Shown piece by piece: positions 10,578-21,057 of a stretch of 64,000 bases of DNA. Source of the stretch: Candidatus Babeliales bacterium (GTDB taxonomy: Bacteria > Babelota > Babeliae > Babelales > JANWKD01); contig CAVXJH010000003.1 of NCBI GenBank assembly GCA_963762115.1, forward strand, positions 399,493 to 463,492, given 5' to 3'. The notes under the pieces are model-generated. The model was not told the origin of the DNA. It worked only from the letters and a program-made list of their open reading frames with translations, and did no database searches. A program made the position numbers and the translations under genes. The stretch's first letter is position 1. Each line of letters opens with the position of its first letter.

Positions 10578-11504
10578 TTATGGTTCAGAATAAGTATGTT
10601 GCATACTGTCCCTATGCCGGACAACATATTGCACATTCTCCAATGGTATTTTTGATAACGCTTCAACAAATGCCACCGAACGATGTCGTCCTCCCGTACA
10701 TCCAATGGCAATATTCATAAAAAAACGACCTTCTTCCGATGCTTTTTTTATGGAAAAATGCACAAAATCAACAAGTTTGGGCCAATATTCTTGCACATCA
10801 GTTTGTGCAAATAAAAAATCATGCACCTCTTGAGTTGTACCATCAAGCGGACGTAATGAAGCAATAAAATAGGGATTGGGCAAAAAACGGATGTCATACA
10901 CTGAATTGCTCTCATGTGGCACGCCGTATTTAAAACCAAATGAAATCAGATTAACAATAAGTTGTGGTTGTGTTGAAGCCGCAAACGAGTTGCGAACAAA
11001 ACGACGTAATTGATGGATAGTGAGCTGATCAGTTGCTAAAACTAAATCCGATAAATCCATGAGTGGTTTAAGCAAATGTTGCTCATAAGCAATTGCTTCC
11101 GAAAGACTGCGTGTATGACCAAGCGGATGATTTCTACGTGTTTCCTGAAAACGTTTAATCAAAACTTCAGGATTTGACGTTAAAAAAAATATTTTCATAG
11201 GATAATTACGTAATGCATTTCCCTTATTAAGTTCATCAATCAAATCTTGCATGTTTTGCCCACTTCTTACATCAATCCCCAAAGCAACTTTTTGTCCAAT
11301 CATTGTTGACTGAGAAGCTAATTGAAAAAATGAATTAAGAAGAGGAATTGGCAAATTATCAACACAAAAAAAACCAATATCTTCCAAAGCGCGCAGCACG
11401 GTACTTTTACCAGCACCAGAATAGCCGGTCACCATGAGCAATTGCGGTTGATTATCAGGTGTTATAGGAATTCCAGGTATTTCTTTTTGGTGTTCTATCA
11501 TCAT
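10578..11504 (-). CDS. rapZ: RNase adapter RapZ (YvcJ)
   Basis: TGYSGAGKS, VDNLP, ETRRNHPL, SFGFKYG, GCTGGRHRSV. Confidence 0.95.
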   Translation of the reverse strand: MMIEHQKEIPGIPITPDNQPQLLMVTGYSGAGKSTVLRALEDIGFFCVDNLPIPLLNSFFQLASQSTMIGQKVALGIDVRSGQNMQDLIDELNKGNALRNYPMKIFFLTSNPEVLIKRFQETRRNHPLGHTRSLSEAIAYEQHLLKPLMDLSDLVLATDQLTIHQLRRFVRNSFAASTQPQLIVNLISFGFKYGVPHESNSVYDIRFLPNPYFIASLRPLDGTTQEVHDFLFAQTDVQEYWPKLVDFVHFSIKKASEEGRFFMNIAIGCTGGRHRSVAFVEALSKIPLENVQYVVRHRDSMQHTYSEP

Positions 11505-11673
11505 TGTCTTCTTAAAATCAAAAAACTTTTATCAAGTATATATCATTTTTCGCATACTCACTGCAACTATTACTATTGCGTAATTTTATATTTATGAGTA
11601 TGTATGATTATTATAACCTCGAATAAAAAGAGTGACTATCTAAAAGTCAATCGTGATAAAAAAAGGAAGACTC

Positions 11674-13161
11674 ATGAATTATCAACCACTTTTTCAACAC
11701 ATGCTTATGGCGAGCATGTTCTTATTTTGCACCACGATTAAACTCTCTGGCGCATCAGAAAAAATTCCTGATTTTGAATCGGAAGTATATAAATGGTCAA
11801 AAACTTACGCAGAATCATTACATCTAATTCAACATAAATACTTTGAAAAAATAAACCCTGAACAGGGAATTATCAACGGTTTAGATGCACTTTTTCAAAC
11901 ATTAGACCCCCATTCAAAATTTATGGATAAAAAATTATTCAAAGAAATTTTAGAATCAACACAAGGAGAATTTTGTGGTATTGGCGTTGTTATTGACAAC
12001 ACCAAAAAAGATAAAGATGAAGCCTTAACCATCGTTGATACCATTCCTGCCGGACCTGCCGATAAAGCTGGATTACGTGCTGGGGATAAAATTGTTCAGA
12101 TCAATGATGAAGCGGTCAAAGATATGGCTGTTGAAGAAATTGTTGCAAAACTCAAAGGAAAACGAAACACCACCGTAACCATAAAAGCACAACGTGCTGG
12201 CAATCGAGAATTATTATCATTCACTATAACACGCGATATTGTCAAAGAACAAAACGCTCTTTGCTACCACTTTAAAGAACATGGCATGTATTATTTAGCA
12301 CTTAATATGTTCACGGAAAAATCAGCAAAACAACTTGAAAGCCTTTTAAAACAATGTCTTTCAAATAAATCAAAAGGACTCATTCTTGATTTGCGTAATA
12401 ATTCAGGCGGCCTTTTGAATTCTGTTGTTGATATCTCCGGACTTTTTTTAGAAAAGAATTCAGTTGTTGTGGTGACAAAGGATCGAGATAAAAACATCAT
12501 CGACACTTTTAGCACCACACGCCAACAACCAATCAACATCGGTGAAATGCCCATCTTCATTTTGACCAATAATTTTACCGCTTCGGCAGCAGAAATTCTT
12601 GCTGGGGTTTTGCAATCATATTCCAATGATTTTGCCAAAAAAGCTCATGGAAAAAATCAACAACTGCTTGTTTTTTTAGTTGGCAGCACGACGTTTGGTA
12701 AAGGATCAGTGCAAGAAGTCATCCCCGTAAGCAATGATTGCGCCATAAAGTTAACAACTGCCCTCTATTATCTTCCCCATGATATTTCTATTCAAGGAAT
12801 TGGCATAAAACCTGACTTTGAAATTGAACAACGTTTTGCACCAACCCCTGACATGGAATGGTTCACTACTTTTTTTGGTTATGAACACAGTTTAAAAAAT
12901 TCAATCAAACATGAAAAAAACCAAGAACCAAAGAAAAAAATTAATGAAAAAGATAAAAAAGAAAAAACATGGCAAGAAAAAAAACAAGAACAAATTGGCT
13001 CTGATTATATTATTTTAAGCACCATGCGTTTAATTGAAATGTTAACTATGGCAAAAAAAGCATACCCTGAAAAAGTAAGAACGCGCCCTGAATGCATAAA
13101 ATTTCTTAATAACACATATAGCGCGCATGATAAAATACTCATGGAAGAAATCAAATGTTGA
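11674..13161 (+). CDS. ctpA: S41 family C-terminal processing peptidase
   Basis: LDPHS, PDZ (GIGV...PADKAGL), DLRNNSGG, TASAAE, TFGKGSVQ. Confidence 0.9.
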   Translation: MNYQPLFQHMLMASMFLFCTTIKLSGASEKIPDFESEVYKWSKTYAESLHLIQHKYFEKINPEQGIINGLDALFQTLDPHSKFMDKKLFKEILESTQGEFCGIGVVIDNTKKDKDEALTIVDTIPAGPADKAGLRAGDKIVQINDEAVKDMAVEEIVAKLKGKRNTTVTIKAQRAGNRELLSFTITRDIVKEQNALCYHFKEHGMYYLALNMFTEKSAKQLESLLKQCLSNKSKGLILDLRNNSGGLLNSVVDISGLFLEKNSVVVVTKDRDKNIIDTFSTTRQQPINIGEMPIFILTNNFTASAAEILAGVLQSYSNDFAKKAHGKNQQLLVFLVGSTTFGKGSVQEVIPVSNDCAIKLTTALYYLPHDISIQGIGIKPDFEIEQRFAPTPDMEWFTTFFGYEHSLKNSIKHEKNQEPKKKINEKDKKEKTWQEKKQEQIGSDYIILSTMRLIEMLTMAKKAYPEKVRTRPECIKFLNNTYSAHDKILMEEIKC

Positions 13162-13220
13162 TTATTGTGTTTTAAAATTATTTTTTTGTATGCTTTATAC
13201 TACGTGATACTTAAAAAAAA

Positions 13221-14069
13221 ATGAGGCCCGCAATGTTCATCTATTACTTTATATTTTTTACCTGTATTTCTTCCCCAGGATTTATTTTTTGCAGTGAAAG
13301 AGTCTCAGAAAAAAGCGAGCCGAAAGAACGAACATCGCTCATCGATGAAAAAATAGAAAAAGCAAAAAAAAGATCTTTTGAAGAAGAGCTCAAAATTAAA
13401 AAAGCCAATGAAGATATCATTGAATATAAAAGAGAAATAAGAATTTCTCCCTCAAATGAAACCGTCACAATGTATAAAGAAAAAATTATTTTGACTGAAC
13501 AAATAAAAAAAGACGCAGAAAGTGCAAAAAAATTAGAAGACAGCACAATAAAAAAGCTCAGTGACGATAAAGAAAAGCTTACTAAACTGCAAAACGAATT
13601 AGTAAATGAGGCAACCTCAACGCAATCAAAAAGTGAATCAACGGCAGCTGAAAATTTCCAACAATGCATAAAACAAAAAATTTATGAACTTTTTCATATA
13701 CCCCCAACAAAAGCACCTAAAACAACAGAGCAAATAGTTGAAGATTTTTCAAAATCACTAAAAAAATTGATCTCTTATGAACGCATATATTTTACCAGCA
13801 CGGTAAAAACAACACCCGAGGATTGGGAAACGGTACGAAATAACGCCTTAGAGGTAAAACCGGGGGAAAAAAACGTTAATACCACCTATCAAGAGCTCAT
13901 AAAAAATGCCCTAAACCACCAGGCTGCCCTTGAAAAAATCACCGGCAAAAAAACTGGCCCTGAACCTCGCAATATGGGGGTCAACTGCTCTTTACCTTTT
14001 TTTGCTTCACAATTTGCTGCTCAAAAGGCTCTTGAGCAGTTAGATGAAGCATCTAATTATGATGGGTAA
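13221..14069 (+). CDS. Exported coiled-coil hypothetical protein
   Basis: Hydrophobic N-terminus, K/E-rich helical body. Confidence 0.65.
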   Translation: MRPAMFIYYFIFFTCISSPGFIFCSERVSEKSEPKERTSLIDEKIEKAKKRSFEEELKIKKANEDIIEYKREIRISPSNETVTMYKEKIILTEQIKKDAESAKKLEDSTIKKLSDDKEKLTKLQNELVNEATSTQSKSESTAAENFQQCIKQKIYELFHIPPTKAPKTTEQIVEDFSKSLKKLISYERIYFTSTVKTTPEDWETVRNNALEVKPGEKNVNTTYQELIKNALNHQAALEKITGKKTGPEPRNMGVNCSLPFFASQFAAQKALEQLDEASNYDG

Positions 14070-14115
14070 CAACTCATAAAATTATATATTAGCAATTCAA
14101 TAAAAATAGTGCCTT

Positions 14116-14144
14116 TTGACGGCAAAATTGAAAATGGCTATACT
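14116..14144 (+). promoter_or_regulatory. Sigma70-like promoter
   Basis: TTGACG-N17-TATACT. Confidence 0.6.
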
Positions 14145-14213
14145 AATACGTATAGTCATAAAAAATTATCTTTAAAAAAGCCTTAATGCTATGCCTATCG
14201 AAAGTGTCTGTGT

Positions 14214-14348
14214 ATGTGTAAAAAAAATAAATATCGTATTATCGTTTCAATTGGATCAACATTAGTATTTTTATTCATTTTTATTCTTGCCAGCACCAAT
14301 CCGCCCCATACCCCAAAATCACCAATTAAGATTCATGAATCTCAGTAA
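14214..14348 (+). CDS. Small single-TM protein (44 aa), not in ORF track
   Basis: MCKKNKYRIIVSIGSTLVFLFIFILASTNPPHTPKSPIKIHESQ, downstream of a near-consensus promoter. Confidence 0.45.
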   Translation: MCKKNKYRIIVSIGSTLVFLFIFILASTNPPHTPKSPIKIHESQ

Positions 14349-15403
14349 TTTTGCAAAAAAGCCCTGATATTTTTGGCACCTTTTGATGTAATAAAACCCT
14401 TTGATAATGTAGTCAATTCCCTTAAAGGTTCAAAATGCGTAACATCAATCGGCAAAGGCGTTTGAGAAAAACTGTTCACATCACGAGAATAATCTTTTCC
14501 TAATGTAACAGTATTTTTATAATCCAATGTTTCAAGAACCTTTGCAACACGTTCTGTATGAAGACTACCTGCTAGTACAAAAATGTGTTTAAAAGAATCT
14601 GCTTGAGTAAAAATTGTGTGCACTATGCGAGCATCAATAAATTCTACATCATAAGCACCCATTAAACAGCTAACAACATTTGCTTCGCTCAAATCTTTTA
14701 CTGATGAACCATACATATTCTCTAAGGTTTCTCTAAATACATCTTCATAGCTAATTTTATCTCTCAAAAGCTTTAAAGGAAAATCAGATTTGCTCATACA
14801 TTCAAATAGCCCTAAACAATCTTTTTTAGTTTTCTCATAAGTATCCAATACTTTCCTATAACAGTTATTGAGTTTTTCATTATCATCATAACTATAAATT
14901 TCTTCGGCTATTTTCTCGCCTCTGTCAAAAACTACTGATGCTTTAATATCAATACTAGAATTAAAAATAGACAATAATTTAATCTGCCTAAATTCAATGT
15001 TTTTATGGGGAATCTTATTATAAAAACAATACGAACTAAACCCAATTAATGGACTTCCCAATAAACTTAATTCTTTTTCTTTAAGTTCTTTTTGATCGTA
15101 AAAAAAATTTGAATAATCAATTCGCACTGGATCATCAATGGTGGAATCCAACGAAGATAAAGGCATTTGGCTATCTTCAACAATAACAAATCCATCATTC
15201 ATTTTTATAAAATTTGAAAGATCATTTCGTTGTTTATTACATATTTCCGATATTTGATCATTGTTTTTTTCGCCTAATCTATGATGATCATATAATAAAA
15301 TTACTTTAGAATCACCATTTGACCATTCTTCAATTTTATAAACAAAACCAAACAAATGAGAACAAGAAAAAAGTAAGAAAAACAGTAAGCTATAAAATTT
15401 CAT
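14342..15403 (-). CDS. Exported hypothetical protein, possibly EreA/ChaN/TraB(TIKI)-like fold
   Basis: Signal peptide; LLYDHH, IVED, AGSLH pattern. Confidence 0.6.
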   Translation of the reverse strand: MKFYSLLFFLLFSCSHLFGFVYKIEEWSNGDSKVILLYDHHRLGEKNNDQISEICNKQRNDLSNFIKMNDGFVIVEDSQMPLSSLDSTIDDPVRIDYSNFFYDQKELKEKELSLLGSPLIGFSSYCFYNKIPHKNIEFRQIKLLSIFNSSIDIKASVVFDRGEKIAEEIYSYDDNEKLNNCYRKVLDTYEKTKKDCLGLFECMSKSDFPLKLLRDKISYEDVFRETLENMYGSSVKDLSEANVVSCLMGAYDVEFIDARIVHTIFTQADSFKHIFVLAGSLHTERVAKVLETLDYKNTVTLGKDYSRDVNSFSQTPLPIDVTHFEPLRELTTLSKGFITSKGAKNIRAFLQNY

Positions 15404-15514
15404 ATTTCCCCTAAAACACGTTATAATAATTAGCGATTTATATTATACATTTTATATAAATATTTATATTTGTCAATTTTTTTATGAAAATTTCAGGGTA
15501 AAACAGGGAAAACA

Positions 15515-17131
15515 TTGAAAAAGCACTATAAAAAATATACCTGCAACCTCTTCATGGTCATTTTTCTAATAATAAGCATATTTTCAACACATGGCATGGA
15601 AGAACTAACTTCAAATAAAACCATTGAGGATTATTATGGCAACCTTTTTACGGGAGACGCTTCAACACTAGAAAAATGCGGCGATTTTTTTCAAACCATT
15701 AGTGATTTTGAAAATGACTCTGATAATGTTTCATTACTCCAAAGTATGAGACATCAAATAGTTCATGCATCTCCTGATGAAAAAACCATCGAAGACTATC
15801 ATGGCATCATTTTTACCGCGCCCGCTTCAACAATAGAAAAATGTGGCTTATTTCAAAACATTGGTGAATTTGAAGATGATTTTGATTTTAAGTCACCAGA
15901 TATTTGGAATCAATTATTTAGTAGAAGATTTCCTAAACGTGATATCAGTTTTTTTAAAGCAACGGCTGCTGACATACCTCTTTCAAAAGAAATTTTAAAA
16001 GCTGCCTTTGAATGCATCACACCTTTTTTTGAAAAAGCTGAATCCCCTGAAGACAAAAGAGAAAAAAGTGAAAAAATTCACGCTATGCTCGAGTCAATTT
16101 CAAAAGATCAGATGCGATCAATTTTTTCTGTCATTAATTATCTTGGCCCCCAAAAAGAAAAAGTAGCTAAAAAACTTGCTCAACAAATGAAAGCGATAAT
16201 TCCATCAAATGAATTAAAAGAAGAAAATGAAATTGATTTTATCATTTTATCGAAGCTATATGACAAATCTATAGGTACAATTATCAAAAAAAAAGAAGAA
16301 ACGGCATATTTCGATTCGCTAAAGCCTAAAGAACTTAATTTCCAAAAAATGAATATCGAATCCCTGCAAGGTATCGAACATATTAAAATTGATAAAAATA
16401 ACATTAGTACGTTACGTCTTAGTAACAATAAATTAACAACCTTAAATATTAAAAATCTTTTAGAAATATTTCCCAACCTTAAACATATCGATGCTGAGCA
16501 TAATCTAATTACAAAGGCTATTTTCCCTGAACAATTACCTGCCAATATAAAAATATTTTTGTATCAAAATTTTATTAAGGAACTAATGCCTTTTTATACA
16601 AATGATAAGAATAAAATAGACTTAAGAAATAATCCTTTATCTGCCGATGCTCATGAAAACATTAAAAAAGCCTTAATTCCACCGTTTTTTAAAAGAAACC
16701 GACATCATTTATATTTTTTTAAAGAAGCCTCTAAATCATTTTTATTTAATAGTTTAACTGGCGCAGGAATATCTACATGCTTTATTTGGGCACCTATAGG
16801 AATTATTCGATCTTACAAATCTGAATATCCGGCCCCAAATACAATTACACAATCTATACTTTTCCATATATTGTTAGGCACAGTAAGCCCATCGTTTTAC
16901 CTCTTTTTAAAAACAGAACAGCTTTTGGGATTCGGAAATTCACCTTCATCAGCACATAAACATTTTTTACAATTTGTTGATAAATATGCTCTTGCAAGCA
17001 GCTTAATTATAGGAACTACATCTATTGCTTGGAAACTTTATAAAAATGAATTAACTGAATACAAAAAACACAAATACGTTCCAACAGCAAAGATTTTTAC
17101 TGGTGACTTCGATGAAAGTGCAGGCATATGA
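15515..17131 (+). CDS. Exported Skp1/BTB-like + LRR + TM protein (paralog 1)
   Basis: Signal then GMEE; LRRs LRLSNNKLTTL, IDAEHNLIT, IDLRNNPLS; C-terminal hydrophobic helices; start may be ATG 15554. Confidence 0.75.
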   Translation: MKKHYKKYTCNLFMVIFLIISIFSTHGMEELTSNKTIEDYYGNLFTGDASTLEKCGDFFQTISDFENDSDNVSLLQSMRHQIVHASPDEKTIEDYHGIIFTAPASTIEKCGLFQNIGEFEDDFDFKSPDIWNQLFSRRFPKRDISFFKATAADIPLSKEILKAAFECITPFFEKAESPEDKREKSEKIHAMLESISKDQMRSIFSVINYLGPQKEKVAKKLAQQMKAIIPSNELKEENEIDFIILSKLYDKSIGTIIKKKEETAYFDSLKPKELNFQKMNIESLQGIEHIKIDKNNISTLRLSNNKLTTLNIKNLLEIFPNLKHIDAEHNLITKAIFPEQLPANIKIFLYQNFIKELMPFYTNDKNKIDLRNNPLSADAHENIKKALIPPFFKRNRHHLYFFKEASKSFLFNSLTGAGISTCFIWAPIGIIRSYKSEYPAPNTITQSILFHILLGTVSPSFYLFLKTEQLLGFGNSPSSAHKHFLQFVDKYALASSLIIGTTSIAWKLYKNELTEYKKHKYVPTAKIFTGDFDESAGI

Positions 17132-18567
17132 ATAAAAAAATTAGAATACTTCATTTTTTGATTCTAGTTTTTGCTTTAGCAAATATTTCGTTCTTACAAA
17201 GCATGAGACATCAAATAGTTCATGCATCTCCTGATGAAAAAATTATCGAAGATTATCATGGCACCATTTTTACCGTGCCTGCTTCAACAATAGAAAAGTG
17301 TGGTGGATTTTTTCAAACCCTTGCTGATTTTGATACCTTTTATTTTGAAACATCAGATATTTGGGATCAATTATTTAGTAGAAGATTTCCTAAAAGCGAT
17401 ATCAGTTTTTTTCAAACGAAGGCAGCAGATACCCCTCTTTCAAAAGAAATTTTAAAAGCTACCTTTGAATGCATCACACCATTTTTTGAAGAAGTTAAAT
17501 TACCTGAAGAAAAAAGTGAAAAAATTAAAGCGATAATCGAATCAATTGATAAGGATCACATTCGATCAATTTTTTCTGTAATAAATTATCTTGGCCCCCA
17601 AAAAGAAAAAGTAGCTAAAAAATTAGCTCAACGAATGAAAGCGATAATTCCATACGATGAATTAAAAGAAGATAATGAAATTGATGTTATTGTTTTATCG
17701 GGAATATATGATAAAACAATACAAAAACTCCTTAAAAGGAAAAATCAATGGGGATTTTATAACCAACGGGTAGCCCAAGCTTTAGAGCTTAAAGGAATGA
17801 AGCTTGACAACTTGAAAGGAATTGAAAAGATAACAATTGAAAGTGTTAGGCTATTATATCTTAACGATAATGCATTAAGAACACTTGATATTGCGTATCT
17901 AAAAAAAAAATTTCCAAAACTTACTTACATCAATGCAAGCAATAACTGCATTACCACTCTCATTCTTCCCTCTAAATTACAAGAGCGTTTAACCATCGAA
18001 CTTAAAAACAATTTAATTAAAGAACTGCCTACCTTTTCATTAGATGGTGATTGTACAATTAACCTAAAAGGTAATCCTTTATCAGAAGATGCCCATAAAA
18101 AAATTAGAAAAGCATTAACACCACCATTTTTTATAAAAAATAGGCATCATTTAATTTTTTGGGCAAATAACGCAGGATATTTAATACGCGGAGTATTCTT
18201 TGGTGGACTCATTGGAATGCCATTAGGAACATCACTAGCAACTCTCTATTATTGCCCACGTACAACAATAATAGCAGGTATAGCACTTGGCTTGAGCGCA
18301 TCCACTTCATCAACAATAGCCCAAGCCATTCCTTATTTTATGATTGCTCCTTACCTGGCAATAAGGCTTAATCTTGACCCTGAGTTTTCAAATCATTGTA
18401 CTGGCTTTGTACCATTTGTTCATAAATTTACTTTAGGAAGCAGTTTGGCCTTAGGATTTATTTCACTCATAAGTGAAACGAAAAATATTGCACGAGACTA
18501 TGAACGAAATAAATACATTCAACGAGCAAAAATTTTCACTGATGCCGATGATTCTGCAAAAAATTAA
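17128..18567 (+). CDS. Exported Skp1/BTB-like + LRR + TM protein (paralog 2)
   Basis: Tandem paralog of 15515; LYLNDNALRTL, INASNNCIT, INLKGNPLS. Confidence 0.75.
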   Translation: MNKKIRILHFLILVFALANISFLQSMRHQIVHASPDEKIIEDYHGTIFTVPASTIEKCGGFFQTLADFDTFYFETSDIWDQLFSRRFPKSDISFFQTKAADTPLSKEILKATFECITPFFEEVKLPEEKSEKIKAIIESIDKDHIRSIFSVINYLGPQKEKVAKKLAQRMKAIIPYDELKEDNEIDVIVLSGIYDKTIQKLLKRKNQWGFYNQRVAQALELKGMKLDNLKGIEKITIESVRLLYLNDNALRTLDIAYLKKKFPKLTYINASNNCITTLILPSKLQERLTIELKNNLIKELPTFSLDGDCTINLKGNPLSEDAHKKIRKALTPPFFIKNRHHLIFWANNAGYLIRGVFFGGLIGMPLGTSLATLYYCPRTTIIAGIALGLSASTSSTIAQAIPYFMIAPYLAIRLNLDPEFSNHCTGFVPFVHKFTLGSSLALGFISLISETKNIARDYERNKYIQRAKIFTDADDSAKN

Positions 18568-18584
18568 ACAATAAAATTCAGTTA

Positions 18585-20429
18585 TTATTCAACCGTAACC
18601 GATTTTGCTAAATTTCTAGGCTTATCAATAGGACAACCTAACTCTTTTGCAATTTGATAGACAAAGAATTGCATCAACCCCGTCATGGCCAATGGTGCAA
18701 GTAATCTGTGCACACGAGGAATGACAAAAAGCTGATCTGCCAACTGCATTAATTCTTCCTGCCCTTCAAAAGCAAAAATAACCAAATGCCCCTTGCGCGC
18801 TTTCACTTCTTGTGCATTTGAAACTAATTTAGGATACACAAGCGGATCTAAACTGGAAAATAAAAAGATGGGTGTTTCAGCATCAATCAAAGCAATTGGT
18901 CCATGTTTCAGTTCTCCGGCTGGATAACATTGCGCAAACATATACGAAATTTCTTTTAATTTTAACGCTGATTCCATAGCAAAAGGATAGCTAATATGCC
19001 GCCCCAAAAAAATACATTTTTTATACTGCGCATACCGTGCTGCCAAGGTGGAAATAATCTCAGCTTTATAATTTTCAATACTTATTTCTAATATTTGTGC
19101 TGCAACTAAAATATCACGACAGGCTTCATCCATGCTTGATGCTGGCAACAATCCCTTTTCTATGGCAATGCGATGAGCAAGCCAAAATAGGGTAACAATT
19201 TGTGTTGAAAATGCTTTGGTTGAAGCGACAGCGATTTCTTGACCGGCTTGCGTCACCAGGCAACCATGCGCTTCACGCGCAACGGTACTTGAAGCAACAT
19301 TAGTAATACCAATCGTTGGCAAACCATATGAATGCACCATACGTAATGCTTCAAGCGTATCGGCTGTTTCTCCTGATTGTGTAATGGCAATGTAAGCACC
19401 TTTATCATCAGGAAAAAATGACATTAAACGAAATTCAGATGCTAACGCTACTTTTGCTGGAATTTTAGTAATTTCTTCAAAAAAGAATTGAGCAATACGT
19501 GCCGCATGCCAAGAAGTACCACAACCAATCATAGTGAGCGAGGTAAGATTTTTAACCTGTTCAATCGTAAGGCCCAATTGCGACCAAAGATCATCACCAA
19601 GATTTTGCAGAGAAGCAATTGTTTTTTGAATAACACATTTCTGCTCATAAATTTCTTTAAGCATAAAATGATCAAATTCTTTTTTTCCACTATCAATCCA
19701 ACTTGTATCAACTTCTTGCACAATAACAGGAAGCGATTTACCAGAAAAATCATACAATTCCACTTCATCTTTTTTTAAAACTGCGTAGGATTTGTCAGGT
19801 AAAAAAACGACTCTATTTGTTTTGTCAGCAAATGCAAGCAAATCAGAAGAAACGAACATTTCATCATTGCCCATGCCAATGCAAAGTGGCGAACCACGAC
19901 GAGCAATCAATAATTGGTCGGGAAATTCTTGGGAAATACAGACAAGTGCATAAGCACCTTCAAGGCGATTAACTAAAGCATTTACGGCTTCTTTGAAAGA
20001 TTTTTTTTCAACGATAAGAGCTTCAAGGAGATGAGCAACAACTTCAGTATCTGTTTGTGACTCAAAACTATGCCCGCTTGCTAAAAGTTCTTGCTTGAGA
20101 GCACGATAATTTTCAATGATACCATTATGAGCAATTGAGATTTTTTTGTGACAATCAAATTGAGGATGGGCATTTTCTGTTGAAATGGCACCGTGAGTGG
20201 CCCATCGCGTGTGACCTATACCAAGATGCCCATCAATCGGTTCAGCATCTAAACACTGAATAAGATTAGCTAAATAGCCAGTTGTTTTATGATATAAAAT
20301 AGTATTATCATTACCACTTAAACAAGAAAAACCTGCTGAATCATAACCACGATATTCAAGACGAGATAAGCCTTGAATAACATAGCCTCTGCTCCAACCA
20401 TTTCCAATGTATCCTGCTAAACCACACAT
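18585..20429 (-). CDS. glmS: Glutamine--fructose-6-phosphate aminotransferase
   Basis: MCG N-terminus, LEYRGYDSAG, GHTRWATHG, PRNLAKSVTVE. Confidence 0.97.
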   Translation of the reverse strand: MCGLAGYIGNGWSRGYVIQGLSRLEYRGYDSAGFSCLSGNDNTILYHKTTGYLANLIQCLDAEPIDGHLGIGHTRWATHGAISTENAHPQFDCHKKISIAHNGIIENYRALKQELLASGHSFESQTDTEVVAHLLEALIVEKKSFKEAVNALVNRLEGAYALVCISQEFPDQLLIARRGSPLCIGMGNDEMFVSSDLLAFADKTNRVVFLPDKSYAVLKKDEVELYDFSGKSLPVIVQEVDTSWIDSGKKEFDHFMLKEIYEQKCVIQKTIASLQNLGDDLWSQLGLTIEQVKNLTSLTMIGCGTSWHAARIAQFFFEEITKIPAKVALASEFRLMSFFPDDKGAYIAITQSGETADTLEALRMVHSYGLPTIGITNVASSTVAREAHGCLVTQAGQEIAVASTKAFSTQIVTLFWLAHRIAIEKGLLPASSMDEACRDILVAAQILEISIENYKAEIISTLAARYAQYKKCIFLGRHISYPFAMESALKLKEISYMFAQCYPAGELKHGPIALIDAETPIFLFSSLDPLVYPKLVSNAQEVKARKGHLVIFAFEGQEELMQLADQLFVIPRVHRLLAPLAMTGLMQFFVYQIAKELGCPIDKPRNLAKSVTVE

Positions 20430-20490
20430 GACCTACTACTCCCTTTTTTGCTATTTTTAAAAATAGAGGTGAGCAAGAACAATAAAGAAA

Positions 20491-20952
20491 TTATCGCTTA
20501 ACGAATTGGAATTTACGACGTGCTGCTTTTTGGCCGAATTTCTTTCGTTCTTTAAGACGAGCATCCACCGTTAAAAGTCCTGCCGCACGCAACGCCGGAC
20601 GATCAGCTTCATTAAGCTTTACCAATGCTCGAGCAATGCCCAAACTTGCTGCGCCTGCTTGCGAATTAAGACCACCGCCATCAACATTAACAGAAGCATC
20701 ATAATGCAATGCAGAACTGAGAACAACAAATGGTTTATGAGCATTAATACGAGCAACGTCAGTATCAAAGTAGTGTTCGTAATTTTTGCCATTAACGATA
20801 ATGTTGCCAGAACCTCTACGCAAATCAACGCGAGCTACTGAACTTTTGCGTCTTCCAACGCCATGCGCTAGAGGAGTACCTCTTTTAACTTTTTCACGCA
20901 CTTTACCTGTTTGAACTTTTTTTACAGGTTTAACTTTTTTTGTTTCTTCCAT
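20491..20952 (-). CDS. rpsI: 30S ribosomal protein S9
   Basis: GVGRRKSSVARV, GGGLNSQAGA, ERKKFG..ARRKFQFVKR; start probably ATG 20952. Confidence 0.95.
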   Translation of the reverse strand: MEETKKVKPVKKVQTGKVREKVKRGTPLAHGVGRRKSSVARVDLRRGSGNIIVNGKNYEHYFDTDVARINAHKPFVVLSSALHYDASVNVDGGGLNSQAGAASLGIARALVKLNEADRPALRAAGLLTVDARLKERKKFGQKAARRKFQFVKR

Positions 20953-21057
20953 GAACGGTTTATTAATCCTATTTTGAAAGGTTACTTTTTTAGAGAGCAA
21001 TATAGCTTATAATGCCAAAATCAAGAAAAAAGTCAAAGTAAACCCCTTAAATAATTT

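Noticed and set aside
10562-10711. N-terminal extension of ftsB
   Set aside because: Overlaps rapZ; the RBS supports the start at 10561
20430-20490. glmS ribozyme or RapZ/GlmZ-type control of glmS
   Set aside because: Only ~60 bp upstream with no ribozyme core; rapZ is 7 kb away, so the link is unsupported
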